Below are positions 1 through 10,058 of a stretch of DNA of 64,000 bases, piece by piece. Numbering within the stretch: the stretch's first letter is position 1; every line of letters begins with the position of its first letter. Made by a program: the position numbers and the translations under genes. The notes beneath the pieces were generated by a model, which was not told where the DNA came from, searched no databases, and saw nothing but the letters and a program-made list of their open reading frames with translations. This stretch comes from a virus (lineage: Duplodnaviria > Caudoviricetes), in IMG/VR virus record IMGVR_UViG_3300033463_000012. One strand, written 5' to 3'.

Positions 1-1
1 T

Positions 2-34
2 GACTTGGCAGACTACCTGGAGGAACAACTCTAA
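2..34 (+). CDS. 3' end of an upstream ORF (..DLADYLEEQL*), truncated by the window edge; possibly a prohead core protein
   Basis: Open frame to TAA at 32-34, directly before gp21; the stop overlaps the CTAAATT motif. Confidence 0.4.
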   Translation, partial: DLADYLEEQL

Positions 35-37
35 ATT
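31..37 (+). promoter_or_regulatory. Putative late promoter CTAAATT (gp21)
   Basis: Motif recurring just upstream of structural genes; analogous to T4 TATAAATA. Confidence 0.7.
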
Positions 38-54
38 CACAAGAGGTAGACAAA

Positions 55-693
55 ATGAAGCTAATAGTCGAAACAGTAGAACCAAATGAAATCAACGTCC
101 TCAATGAAGCGACCGAGGACGGGAAGAAGCATTGGTATATTTCCGGCCCCTTCATGCAGGCGGACACCAAGAACCGCAATGGCCGAATCTACCCGAAGAA
201 GATCCTTGAACGCGAAGTGGAGAAGTATATCAAGGAAAAGGTGAACACCAAGCAGGCCATGGGCGAACTTGACCACCCCCCGCAGACCACGATCAATCTT
301 GAACGTGTTTCCCACTTGGTCGAATCCCTGAAGTTCGAAGGGAACAACGTGATCGGCAAGGCCAAAATCCTGGATACCCCCTGTGGCAGAACGGTTCAGT
401 CCCTGCTCGATGGAGGGGTCAAGTTGGGTGTTTCCTCCCGTGGAGTCGGCTCGCTAAACGAAGACACTGTGGCGGATGACTATTCCCTCGTTTGCATTGA
501 CATCGTGGGTGATCCTTCGGCCCTTTCCGCTTATGTGGACGGGATTTACGAATCGGTCGACTACATCGTTTCAGGTGACAAATTCGTGGAAAAGGCTGTC
601 GACAATCTGAAGAAAGAATTGGACAAGAACGGCTCCAAGAGGATTTATGAGGCGATGAGCCAGTTCCTCAAGGACATCCAGAAGACGCTTTGA
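55..693 (+). CDS. gp21: Prohead core protease (T4 gp21-like)
   Basis: GPFMQAD-KNRNGRIYP, GELDHP, LGVSSRGVGS, DIVGDPS motifs; precedes scaffold and capsid genes. Confidence 0.97.
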   Translation: MKLIVETVEPNEINVLNEATEDGKKHWYISGPFMQADTKNRNGRIYPKKILEREVEKYIKEKVNTKQAMGELDHPPQTTINLERVSHLVESLKFEGNNVIGKAKILDTPCGRTVQSLLDGGVKLGVSSRGVGSLNEDTVADDYSLVCIDIVGDPSALSAYVDGIYESVDYIVSGDKFVEKAVDNLKKELDKNGSKRIYEAMSQFLKDIQKTL

Positions 694-705
694 TAGGAGA
701 AACAA

Positions 706-1095
706 ATGGCCAATTTTCTTGACTACTTGAATGGAGGAGAACCAGAGAAGGACAAGGAGACCATCGAAGACGTGGGCGCCAAAGACCTTCTGAACCGAAT
801 CCTCGCTGAACTCATATCCCTTCATGAAACCGTGGAGGACCTAACGGACATCGTGACTGATCTCAAGGAAAAGAACGCCAATGCACAAGTCCTTCCTCAG
901 GGCAATGTTCAGCCACTGATGACAGAACCAAATTCATATGCAAAGGGATCAAAAGAAGTGAATCCCTCCTTCAACGAAAATCTGAACTCTCCTATTCAGG
1001 TTTCCGGAGCAATGAACACGGACTTCACTGAACACGTAGGAGAACTTTTTGAAGCCATGGTCACAGAATCGAACAACAGGGCTTCAATTCATTAG
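706..1095 (+). CDS. Hypothetical acidic protein in head operon (possible core protein)
   Basis: SD GGAG; lies between gp21 and gp22; several L/I-x-E sites. Confidence 0.75.
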   Translation: MANFLDYLNGGEPEKDKETIEDVGAKDLLNRILAELISLHETVEDLTDIVTDLKEKNANAQVLPQGNVQPLMTEPNSYAKGSKEVNPSFNENLNSPIQVSGAMNTDFTEHVGELFEAMVTESNNRASIH

Positions 1096-1098
1096 GAT

Positions 1099-1105
1099 CT
1101 AAATT
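1099..1105 (+). promoter_or_regulatory. Putative late promoter CTAAATT (gp22-gp23)
   Basis: Intergenic exact motif 32 nt before ATG. Confidence 0.7.
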
Positions 1106-1136
1106 AAATGAAAGAACTCCATAAGGAGAAAAGATT

Positions 1137-2300
1137 ATGCAGATTTACGAAGTTTTGAAAGGATTGATCACCAAGGAACAGCTGGAGGAATTCCAGTCCG
1201 AGGTCAAAAACGTAATCGAAGAAGCGGTCGCCAAGCGGAAGAAGGAAGTCGAAGACCTTTCTGAACGCTATGTTGCAGAAGCAGTAAAGGAACAGGTCGC
1301 CAAGATTGAAGAGGACATCAAGGCCAAGTATGAAGAAAAGGCGGCGGCTGACCAGAATTCCTTGACTGAATCTCAACAGGAGGTCGAAAACTCCCGCACT
1401 GCAATGGAAGCCGAACTCGCCGAGAAGGAATCTCAGCTGGTCGACCTCTATGAACAGAAGAACACCGAGTTGAATGAACAGGCCGAAGCCAAGGCAGCCG
1501 AAGTCGAAGAACAGAAGAAACGGCTCCAGGAAGAATATGCAGCCAAGGAACAGGCACTTCAGGAAGAATATGAAGAAAAGGAATCCAAGCTGATCGAACT
1601 CTACGAAGAAAAGAACGACAGATTGGAACAGGAATACAAGGACAAGGTGGTCGAACTCACCGAAGAACACAAGGCCGAAATCGAGGCCCAGTTGATCGAG
1701 GAAGGAGTGGTCACCAAGGAAAAGTTCGAGCAATTCCGCAAGATGTTCGAAGAAAAGGAAGAACACATGGTGGATGCGCTCAACAAGTTCCTGGATGAGC
1801 AGATAGCGAGCAAAATCTCCGACAAGCTCATCAGGGAATCGGTGGTGTCAGAGGAAATGACGTCTCTTGTCGAAGGCATAAAGATGCTGTTCGAAGAGCA
1901 TTATTCTGGTATCGACGCCACTGCTGGAATTCGCAAAATCCGCGAAGAAAACGAACAACTCAAAGAATCCTATGAACGGTTGGTGAGCGAGAAGGCCGAC
2001 CTGAGCCAGAAGCTGGAATCTGCCGCCACGAGGATTCTGATCACGGAAAAGACGCAAGACCTATCTGATGTCCAGAGGGAGAAAGTGATGACTTACTTCG
2101 AAGGACGGGATTTTGACTTCGTCAACTCCAGGATCGACAATTTCATACAGCTGACCGAAAATGACAACAGGTCCAAGAAGGCACTCCGTTCAGAAAGACG
2201 CATTCAGCGTTTGGACGAAGTGAATTCAGGTTGCCTTCCCGAAAAGAAGCCGCAAACCAAGGACGCTGATTTCATGAATGCAGTCAGCAAGTATATGTAA
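1137..2300 (+). CDS. gp22: Prohead core scaffold protein (gp22-like)
   Basis: Glu-rich coiled coil, LVEGIKMLFEEHY segment, position between gp21 and gp23. Confidence 0.88.
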   Translation: MQIYEVLKGLITKEQLEEFQSEVKNVIEEAVAKRKKEVEDLSERYVAEAVKEQVAKIEEDIKAKYEEKAAADQNSLTESQQEVENSRTAMEAELAEKESQLVDLYEQKNTELNEQAEAKAAEVEEQKKRLQEEYAAKEQALQEEYEEKESKLIELYEEKNDRLEQEYKDKVVELTEEHKAEIEAQLIEEGVVTKEKFEQFRKMFEEKEEHMVDALNKFLDEQIASKISDKLIRESVVSEEMTSLVEGIKMLFEEHYSGIDATAGIRKIREENEQLKESYERLVSEKADLSQKLESAATRILITEKTQDLSDVQREKVMTYFEGRDFDFVNSRIDNFIQLTENDNRSKKALRSERRIQRLDEVNSGCLPEKKPQTKDADFMNAVSKYM

Positions 2301-2325
2301 ACCATTATCCATAAAGGAAAACAAA

Positions 2326-3804
2326 ATGAGCATTCTATCCGAAAAGTGGTCCCGCGCAAAGGGACTTGGACTGGACGACATCAAGGACCAGTCCGTCAAG
2401 AACAACATGGCGCAGCTGCTCGAAAACCAGATGCGCGAACTCGGTGGCCGTGGATTCCTGACCGAAGCTGACACCGGGATGGGCGGCAACTTCGCTACCG
2501 GTATCGGTGACGGTGGCAATCCTGCTGGCGAATCCGGTATCGCTATCGGTGCCAAGCCCACTGGCAACCTCCCCGCTGGTGGCGACAACATGGGCGCTCT
2601 CGCTCCTATGTCCTTCGCTCTCCTCCGTCGTTCGTTCCCTGCCCTATTCGCCAACAAGGTCGTAGGTGTCCAGGCCATGAACGGTCCCGTGTCCCTCATC
2701 ATGGCCCAGCGCTATGTCTATCAGGGCACCAAGGACGAAGCCGGTTGGGACAAGGTTCCCTCTTACGCTGGCTTTACCGGCAACTTCAACGGCATGACCG
2801 GTGTTGATGCAGCTTCCGCCAAGATTATGGCTTCCGCTGCCGCTCAGGACCCCCAGATCGCTGAAGCTTGGAGACTTCGTGCTCCTATCGCCGACGCCAA
2901 CGATGGCCCTGTCACTGATTTCGGTGGTGACCTCAACAAGTACCCCGAACTCACCGTCCACATGTCCCGCGTTCCGGTTCTCGCCAAGACCCGTAAGCTG
3001 GGCGCTTCCTACTCTCTGGAAGCCGTCATGGACGCCAAGGCCGTTCTCAACCTCGACCTGGAAAAGGAACTCCTTTCCACCATCCAGTATGAACTGGTTG
3101 CCGAACAGGACCGTGAAATCATCGCTCGCCTGAAGAAGGTTGCCCAGGATGAAGGCAACATTTCCACTGGCAACGAAGAAGCCGGCTACATCTACGAAGG
3201 TTCGCCCTTCCAGACCACCATGGCTTACCCCAACGGTGGTATCGCTGGCCTCGGCATTGACCTGACCACTCTTGACGGTGAATCCAACAAGCAGCAGGAC
3301 GCCATTTCCTGCCTGATCACCTACATCATGGGTCTGGCCAACTCCATCGCGGTCGCAACTCACCGCTCCGCTGGCAACTTCGCCATTGTCAGCCCCGGCG
3401 TTGCCACCCTCCTGCAGTGCGCTGGTCCTATCTGGAACCGCGTCGCCTCTGCAGTCAATCCTCTCGAAGCCACTCCCGAAATCGGCACCCTCGGTGAAAA
3501 CATCAAGGTTTACCGTGACCAGTATGCCCTCGAAGACTACGTCCTCGTTGGCTACAAGGGCTCCTCGAACCTCGATGCCGGTATCTTCTACGCTCCTTAC
3601 GTCACCGGACTTGAAAGCCGTGCGGTCAGCGCTCAGAACTTCGCTCCTCGTATCGGGGTCATGAGCCGCTACGCCATCGTGGACAACATCCTCGGTGCTG
3701 GTAGATACTACCGTTACGCCAAGGTTAAGATCCCTGCTAGCTTGTTCAACAAGGCCGAAGTTGACAACACTGTGGCTAGCATGTTCAAGCCCGTCGGATA
3801 CTAG
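2326..3804 (+). CDS. gp23: Major capsid protein (gp23-like)
   Basis: LSEKW..MAQLLENQ, VGVQAMNGP, KTRKLGASYSLE, YKGSSNLDAGIFYAPY, PRIGVMSRY; start at 2326 after SD AAGGA; strong codon bias. Confidence 0.98.
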   Translation: MSILSEKWSRAKGLGLDDIKDQSVKNNMAQLLENQMRELGGRGFLTEADTGMGGNFATGIGDGGNPAGESGIAIGAKPTGNLPAGGDNMGALAPMSFALLRRSFPALFANKVVGVQAMNGPVSLIMAQRYVYQGTKDEAGWDKVPSYAGFTGNFNGMTGVDAASAKIMASAAAQDPQIAEAWRLRAPIADANDGPVTDFGGDLNKYPELTVHMSRVPVLAKTRKLGASYSLEAVMDAKAVLNLDLEKELLSTIQYELVAEQDREIIARLKKVAQDEGNISTGNEEAGYIYEGSPFQTTMAYPNGGIAGLGIDLTTLDGESNKQQDAISCLITYIMGLANSIAVATHRSAGNFAIVSPGVATLLQCAGPIWNRVASAVNPLEATPEIGTLGENIKVYRDQYALEDYVLVGYKGSSNLDAGIFYAPYVTGLESRAVSAQNFAPRIGVMSRYAIVDNILGAGRYYRYAKVKIPASLFNKAEVDNTVASMFKPVGY

Positions 3805-3832
3805 TATTCGACGCTTGAACTGACACGAACTC

Positions 3833-3860
3833 GAGGGAGCCTTCGGGCTCCCTCTTTTAT
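3833..3860 (+). terminator. Rho-independent terminator after gp23
   Basis: GAGGGAGCC-TTCG-GGCTCCCTC followed by TTTT. Confidence 0.92.
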
Positions 3861-3889
3861 TGTCAATTCAATTTTGCTATATTATAAGT

Positions 3890-3940
3890 ATGAAGAAAAT
3901 CACTTGCAAGATTTGTGGCAGAGAATATAGTGGTCATTGA
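3890..3940 (+). pseudogene. 16-codon remnant MKKITCKICGREYSGH*, like the N-terminal zinc finger of a phage homing endonuclease
   Basis: CxxC motif at the N-terminus; preceded by TTGTCA-N17-TATAAG; sits between two terminators. Confidence 0.45.
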
Positions 3941-3951
3941 CAAATAATATG

Positions 3952-3981
3952 AAAATAGGGAGCCCGAAGGCTCCCTATTTT
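3952..3981 (-). terminator. Terminator for ORF 4572-4003 (probably bidirectional)
   Basis: AAAATAGGGAGCC-CGAA-GGCTCCCTATTTT. Confidence 0.9.
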
Positions 3982-4002
3982 GTCGTGTTCATTCAATTGT
4001 TT

Positions 4003-4572
4003 TTACATGCGTTCATTCATTTTGTTGATGAATTCTTCCTTATTTTCATTGAATTCATACACTTCATCACTTATGTCAGGTATCAATTCAAAAGTCAAGG
4101 TGATGTCGTGTAGATTCAATTCATAGGTATTGTAATCTTCTTCTTCACTGTTTTCATCGAATTGGTCAATAAGAACCTGTGCCCCGAAGACAACGGAAAT
4201 CAAAATATTATTTTCGCTGCTAACTTTGGCTTTGACGTTTTTGGTGTAAAATCCACCATATATGCCATAATTTTCAATGTCGAAATCGGAACCAAATTCA
4301 CCCTCTTCCTGGCCTAGAGTGTACGTATTCAATTTATCGTATAAATCTTCAAAAGAACGACACCGTGCTGCGTTTCTAGAAAGAATTTTTGAATACTTGT
4401 TAATCAGTTTTTCAATTTGACGAATTACCTTATTGTTTACAACAAGTTTTTCCGGATCATCTGTTCCGGCAATTGCCTCTGCTGTTTCTGCAGCAGCCAG
4501 AACTTCATTTGGGTCAAACGTATAAAGCACATTATCTACCAGGCGTATCTTCAATTCATTAAAATCCATCAT
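4003..4572 (-). CDS. Hypothetical acidic protein, late promoter
   Basis: 189-aa ORF; reverse CTAAATT at 4615-4621; own terminator. Confidence 0.8.
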   Translation of the reverse strand: MMDFNELKIRLVDNVLYTFDPNEVLAAAETAEAIAGTDDPEKLVVNNKVIRQIEKLINKYSKILSRNAARCRSFEDLYDKLNTYTLGQEEGEFGSDFDIENYGIYGGFYTKNVKAKVSSENNILISVVFGAQVLIDQFDENSEEEDYNTYELNLHDITLTFELIPDISDEVYEFNENKEEFINKMNERM

Positions 4573-4614
4573 ATCCTATCCTTTTTTGCATTCATCATGC
4601 AGTTGAACTTGTCT

Positions 4615-4644
4615 AATTTAGCTAGTTCGATGTATGGCTAAATT
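4615..4644. promoter_or_regulatory. Divergent pair of late promoters (AATTTAG 4615-4621, CTAAATT 4638-4644)
   Basis: Exact motif on each strand, each facing a gene. Confidence 0.7.
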
Positions 4645-4658
4645 GACCAGGAGGACCT

Positions 4659-5099
4659 ATGGCGGTCAACAATGAATACATCAGACTGAATCGGTTCAAA
4701 CGAGAGGATCGTTATTGGATTCAAGAAGTGCCGGAGAAATCTGTCCCGGTCAAATCCAACTTTGCCTATGACCTTTCCTTGAATCCCACCAAAGGCGAGA
4801 TTGTTGACTATCAGGCCATAAATGCCTCCATATTGATGATAATCCTTTCCAATTTCGGTGAACATCCTTTCCGTCCGAACCTGGGATCCTCTGCTCAGAA
4901 CATGCCTTTTGAATCATTTCAGTTGAACCAGAACTATGACGGACTTGCAGGGGAAATCGAAAGGATAGAGACAAGGATCAAGGTATTGGACATAACAGTC
5001 GAAGCTGATCCTGACAATCATTCACTGAAACTAAATATACCATATATGGTTTTGAACACAGGCGAGGTAGCCGAGTTCGACCAGCGTTTGTCCATGTGA
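4659..5099 (+). CDS. gp25: Baseplate wedge subunit (gp25-like)
   Basis: SILMIILSNFGEHPFRPNLGS and ERIETRIKVLDI motifs. Confidence 0.92.
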   Translation: MAVNNEYIRLNRFKREDRYWIQEVPEKSVPVKSNFAYDLSLNPTKGEIVDYQAINASILMIILSNFGEHPFRPNLGSSAQNMPFESFQLNQNYDGLAGEIERIETRIKVLDITVEADPDNHSLKLNIPYMVLNTGEVAEFDQRLSM

Positions 5100-5108
5100 G
5101 GTTCATGA

Positions 5109-7499
5109 ATGGCAGAACAAAGCGTACAGAACAATCTCAACTACACCAACCTCACTTTCCAGAACATCCGGGAAAAGATGGATGCAATAATCCGCTCCGA
5201 TCCCCGTTTCTCGAAATTGGTTGAATCCGCCGTCTACAAGGTCCTGCTCGACAACTGGGCCTCGATGACCGACCTTACCAACTACTACATCGAACGGACT
5301 GCAGAAGAATCGTTCCTGGAATCCGCCCGACACCTGTCCTCCGTAATCATGGGGGCGAAGCAAATCGGTTATGTTCCCCGGCGTCCGATAGGTTCCAACG
5401 CCAACCTTCATTTCACCCTTTCCAACCCTTCCAATGCCCATACATTCGTTGCCGGGGAGAAACTTCGGATAAACGCAGGAAAGGACACCGTGACCTTCCA
5501 GGGTGACAACTTCGTCTTCTTCTCCAACTACACCTACACCATTACGGAAAACGACGCCCTGATTTTGAACGGTGGCGGGAAGATTGAAATCGCCGACGCT
5601 GTTCCTTCCGAAATCGAAGCTGATCCAGAATTCCAGAGCAAGACCGAAGAGGAAAAACTCAAATATCTCGTCCCCATAAAGATTGTGCAGGGTGACAGAA
5701 AGACCTTGACGTTCTATCCTGGCGTTTTGGCTGGACGGAAATTCCAATCCTACAAGGTGGACGATCCCAATTTCTCCAACTTCTACGGCTCCGAGGACAA
5801 CTACGACCCGAAGCCCACCTGGAACATGGACACCGAGTGCGTGGAAATGGAAGGAAATCCGGCCATGTTCACCAGGGTTTTCATCGTGGACGACCAGAAT
5901 GAAGTCGAATACCACGTGAATCGCCGTAGCTTGTATGTGGAAGACTGGACAAACGAGGCGATCGAGGTGGCCAAGAACAATGATCACACCCCGGAAAAAC
6001 TCCCCGTCTGCCTCATCACCACAAACAGGGACACCACGGTCAGCATTGTCTTCGGGGATGACTCGCTGACGAAGACCGGCCCGACCTCCCTCCAATACGT
6101 CAAGCTGGAATATCTCTCGACCAATGGTTCCTCCTCCAACAAATACGGGGTAATCGGTTCCGTGGTCGAATTGAACTCGTCCTCCAACTTCGAAACCCAG
6201 GGCGCCGTAATCGACTTCCCCGGAGAAATCGAGGTTCGTCTCGACTCCAACCTCATCGGCGGTTCGGACTTCGAGGACATTGAATCCATAAGAGTGAACG
6301 CCCCGCAGGTATTCCAGTCCCTCGAACGACTGGTCACCAAGAAGGACTACGTCGCCTTCGCCAAGACCATTACGGACCCCGTGGAAGTGAGATACGCTTC
6401 GGCCTGGGGCGAGTCGGAGGAATGCAAGAGGACAAAGAAAGACGCCATCTACGGCCTTGTGAACTGCGCTCTGGTCACCGCCCTTGGTTCTCCCTACTAC
6501 AAGGACGAAAACGGGAACTGGCAGGAAGTCGACCTGGACAATGAAGACGAAATGGCCAGAATGTTCATAGAAGGCGCTTCATGGGAAGACCTGAAGACCG
6601 TGACCTACTTCGACGTCTATCTGAAACAGAGTGCACTTGACTATGAAGAATACCTGGCCAACATATCGGACACTGACGTGGTTTCCAAGGATTCGGCCAA
6701 GAGGGTCAAGACCTTCACTGATCAGCTTGACAAGAAATCGCAGATAACGGTCACCAATCTCTACATTCCCCCGTCGGTTCACGAATTCAAGTTGGGTGGA
6801 CAAATCACGGTGGCCAAATTCTGTGACAAGAATGATTTGGCGGTCAGGATGCAAAACGCCATATACCAGTGGCTGAACGCAAACCTGGACTTCAACAAGA
6901 AGCTGTATCTGTCTGACATTCAGGCGGTGGTTCAGTCGTTCCCCGAAGTCAAGAACTGCACGCTGAAGTTCATTCCAAAAGCCGATGAAATCCCGGCCGA
7001 CCAGAGGGACATCACGCTCTACACCTACGACACTCCTCCATCGGACCCGGCATACACTGACATCGTAAATGGAATTGTTCAGGAATTTTGGAATGACTAT
7101 GTGTCCAACAGCATGCAGGACTACAAGTGGTCAGTCAGTGATTCCTCCAATTTGTTCCTCTACACCAATGCTCAGCCACCGATCAGCTATTCTGCATATG
7201 AAGAGGAAAGATACCTTCGCAACGGTTTCTCGCAATATGAATATCTGAACGACTTCCTGACTCCTCTATGGAACAAGATAGTCGGTCTGGCCAATGGCAT
7301 GCATGGTGACCCGGCCTGCAAGGAATATCGGAACAATCCGCAGAACTATCAGCATTTCATCAAGACCACTTGCGCATTGCTGGAAAGGTTGTTCTGCTTT
7401 TCCATGATCGACAAGGACGGAAACATAACCGACTTTTCCTTGGACAATGAGCTGGCTTACGTGAAATTCGATGACGGAATTTTGAGATACGAGGACTAA
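5109..7499 (+). CDS. gp6: Baseplate wedge subunit (gp6-like)
   Basis: ESFLESARHLSSV..AKQIGYVP, IVFGD, GGSDFEDIESIRVNAP..RLVTKKDY. Confidence 0.93.
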   Translation: MAEQSVQNNLNYTNLTFQNIREKMDAIIRSDPRFSKLVESAVYKVLLDNWASMTDLTNYYIERTAEESFLESARHLSSVIMGAKQIGYVPRRPIGSNANLHFTLSNPSNAHTFVAGEKLRINAGKDTVTFQGDNFVFFSNYTYTITENDALILNGGGKIEIADAVPSEIEADPEFQSKTEEEKLKYLVPIKIVQGDRKTLTFYPGVLAGRKFQSYKVDDPNFSNFYGSEDNYDPKPTWNMDTECVEMEGNPAMFTRVFIVDDQNEVEYHVNRRSLYVEDWTNEAIEVAKNNDHTPEKLPVCLITTNRDTTVSIVFGDDSLTKTGPTSLQYVKLEYLSTNGSSSNKYGVIGSVVELNSSSNFETQGAVIDFPGEIEVRLDSNLIGGSDFEDIESIRVNAPQVFQSLERLVTKKDYVAFAKTITDPVEVRYASAWGESEECKRTKKDAIYGLVNCALVTALGSPYYKDENGNWQEVDLDNEDEMARMFIEGASWEDLKTVTYFDVYLKQSALDYEEYLANISDTDVVSKDSAKRVKTFTDQLDKKSQITVTNLYIPPSVHEFKLGGQITVAKFCDKNDLAVRMQNAIYQWLNANLDFNKKLYLSDIQAVVQSFPEVKNCTLKFIPKADEIPADQRDITLYTYDTPPSDPAYTDIVNGIVQEFWNDYVSNSMQDYKWSVSDSSNLFLYTNAQPPISYSAYEEERYLRNGFSQYEYLNDFLTPLWNKIVGLANGMHGDPACKEYRNNPQNYQHFIKTTCALLERLFCFSMIDKDGNITDFSLDNELAYVKFDDGILRYED

Positions 7500-7502
7500 C
7501 GA

Positions 7503-10058
7503 ATGGCCGGAGTCAAGCATTTCTACGTAGGAGAATATGTCGAGGGGAGCACGCCGGGCGACCCTTCTGAATACTACAAGTTCATCATGGACGTTCAACG
7601 TGCGTTCAAGAACTACTTTGCAACGGAGCAGGAAGAGACTGACGCCGAGATAATGTTCGTCCAAAACTACACGGACTATGCGACCGGGTATGGCGAAGTC
7701 CCGTTGTTCATAGGAACCAAATCAGGGGGCGGTGCCAATGCTGGAATGCCCAGATACTGCCAGAACCTTGTCTACACTTCGTTGGCGTGGGAACGGCACA
7801 GAGGCACAATAACCTTCGCCCACAGGAGCTATTATGATTCCCCGTTGGTGATTTCTCCCGTCGATTTGGACCACGGTACAATAACAATCAGGGGCATTTC
7901 GTTCTATCGAAACCCACCGGACAGTGGAAATGCTGGCACCAACGTCTGCAACTATTTGTCGGCCTCCACTGAAACCACTGTCATTCCGATTGTGTTCGAG
8001 AACTGCCGATTCGGGAGCTGGGGTACATGTGGTGGCTCCTGCATGAACATGTCCACCCACAACAAGAAGGTCAGCACGTTCAACGGAGAGGCCCTGGTCA
8101 TTTGCAAGGCATGTGTTTTCGACGGAACACAGAAGGCAACGGTTGGGATGTGTCTTAACATAACACCCCCGGCATACGTAGCCCCTCAACCTTTGTTCGT
8201 GGCATACAACTGCCTATTCAGGGGTGCCATGAACTCGCAAATTGGTGGTGTCATCACTGTTCAAAGCGCCAGCAACATGGAAGCGCACGACGCACTTCAA
8301 TGTGGCATATACAACTCATACATCTGTTGCAATTTGTATGCGGGTATGTGGGATATGCCGAAGGTTCAATCCAACTGCGAATTCATCAACTGCGTCTTCG
8401 CCGACAAGCTGTATTATGACAACTATGGGATGAAGTTCAACCCGACTGGCACAAATGGCTATCGGTTTACCTATAACACTTCATACACAACGTCCACGCA
8501 TCACCCGACGTTGAAGAACTGCTCAGTGATAGGCGGAAGTCTGGTGACGGGGAACCAGGCGTCATTGGTCAACGTGATAGATTGCCAGACGAATATCAAC
8601 CCGAAGCCAATCTACACCGAAGAGGGAAACTATAAGACGGTCTTCGGGGTGCCCACAAATCCAAATAATGGCTATTGGCTGACTGGGGCGAACAACTGGA
8701 ATGCAGGAAATACGAACAGGGTTATTTTCTGCAACCCGAGCACCTACCCTAATGACGAATACCACAAATTCGTCTATTTCGGAACTCCGATCAAGGGAGG
8801 GAAGCTGGACGACAAGGGGTCAATGGAAGTGTTTACAGATCCCAGGATTCTCGGCTATTTCGGAACTTCCTATCCAAATTTCCTGAACGAACCGAAAATC
8901 CACCGCGGCTACTCCAATGCACTGACAAACGAACACCCGACTGACCTCCTGCCCGACGAGTGGTATGACGAATATAAGAGGTTCCGTGGCTCTTCAGTGG
9001 ATATCGGGATGGTGGAATACACGCCCTACTACATCACAATGTCGGTATCCCCAGAATATACTGGAGATGAAGAGGATTTCGGCACATTCAAATTCAACAC
9101 CATTCAAGATGCAATTGACCATTACATTCAAACACATCAGGGAATCGACTATACTGGTTGCAAGATAGTGGTCGAACAGGACATGGAAGTTCCTCAAATC
9201 AAATTCAATGACGACAGGTTGATTTCCGCGGCCACTCAGATGTTTGTGATTTGTGGAAGACGCGCTGAACCTTATGTCGACAATCCTCAGATCAAACTCA
9301 CTTGTTCCGGTGCCTCCATGTTCGAATTCGAATCCACCGGAGAAGGATCAATCCCGGATGGCCTTGAATTCCGTGACATTGAATTCATAGGTTCAGGTGC
9401 CTCGAGCGTGATCAAGGTCGGAGAGGATTCCACTGTCAAGCTGCTTTTCCAGAGATGCAAATTCACCGCTACAGGAAAGAACACGACACAGGCGTTCATC
9501 TCCGGGACTTTAAACGGTTCGTATCCTCAGAACGCCCCGTCAAGAATCATCGTGGACAACTGCGCGTTCGAAGGCAAGGCGGTCGATTTCAAGACGGATG
9601 GTTCAGGGAGCAACATCGCCTTCGTGAACACAACCTTCATGGGAAACAAGACAGGGAAGACAGCCGAGGTTTCCGTCACCAATTCCATTCAGCGTTTCAT
9701 CAACTGTGGATTCTGGCGGTGCGAAAAACCCGTGGACGGAACATTCGAGATGATCAACACTTGGCTCTTCAACTGTCCTGAACAGGATTGGAAAGCGGCC
9801 AGCAAGTTGACCAATTGCGCGACTGACCTTTCCTCCTTTGGACAGGCCACTGCATCCAATTGCAAATACGAACTCAACCCGGATGAACAGTTTTATTCAT
9901 ACGGCAAATACGGGTTGCTTAAATTCTTTCCAAAGGAAGGATCAGACTTGACTACAGGAGCGACGACCGATGTCCTCAAGGACTTCTCCATCTACGTATA
10001 TGCCGGGTTGGCTCCTGAACAATACGACCCAATCGGAACAGGGAGGCCTTTGAGATGA
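7503..10058 (+). CDS. Large baseplate-associated protein with two predicted parallel beta-helix regions
   Basis: Repeated FxNCxF/NCLF motifs; R...VDIGMVEY cap motif; located in baseplate operon. Confidence 0.75.
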   Translation: MAGVKHFYVGEYVEGSTPGDPSEYYKFIMDVQRAFKNYFATEQEETDAEIMFVQNYTDYATGYGEVPLFIGTKSGGGANAGMPRYCQNLVYTSLAWERHRGTITFAHRSYYDSPLVISPVDLDHGTITIRGISFYRNPPDSGNAGTNVCNYLSASTETTVIPIVFENCRFGSWGTCGGSCMNMSTHNKKVSTFNGEALVICKACVFDGTQKATVGMCLNITPPAYVAPQPLFVAYNCLFRGAMNSQIGGVITVQSASNMEAHDALQCGIYNSYICCNLYAGMWDMPKVQSNCEFINCVFADKLYYDNYGMKFNPTGTNGYRFTYNTSYTTSTHHPTLKNCSVIGGSLVTGNQASLVNVIDCQTNINPKPIYTEEGNYKTVFGVPTNPNNGYWLTGANNWNAGNTNRVIFCNPSTYPNDEYHKFVYFGTPIKGGKLDDKGSMEVFTDPRILGYFGTSYPNFLNEPKIHRGYSNALTNEHPTDLLPDEWYDEYKRFRGSSVDIGMVEYTPYYITMSVSPEYTGDEEDFGTFKFNTIQDAIDHYIQTHQGIDYTGCKIVVEQDMEVPQIKFNDDRLISAATQMFVICGRRAEPYVDNPQIKLTCSGASMFEFESTGEGSIPDGLEFRDIEFIGSGASSVIKVGEDSTVKLLFQRCKFTATGKNTTQAFISGTLNGSYPQNAPSRIIVDNCAFEGKAVDFKTDGSGSNIAFVNTTFMGNKTGKTAEVSVTNSIQRFINCGFWRCEKPVDGTFEMINTWLFNCPEQDWKAASKLTNCATDLSSFGQATASNCKYELNPDEQFYSYGKYGLLKFFPKEGSDLTTGATTDVLKDFSIYVYAGLAPEQYDPIGTGRPLR

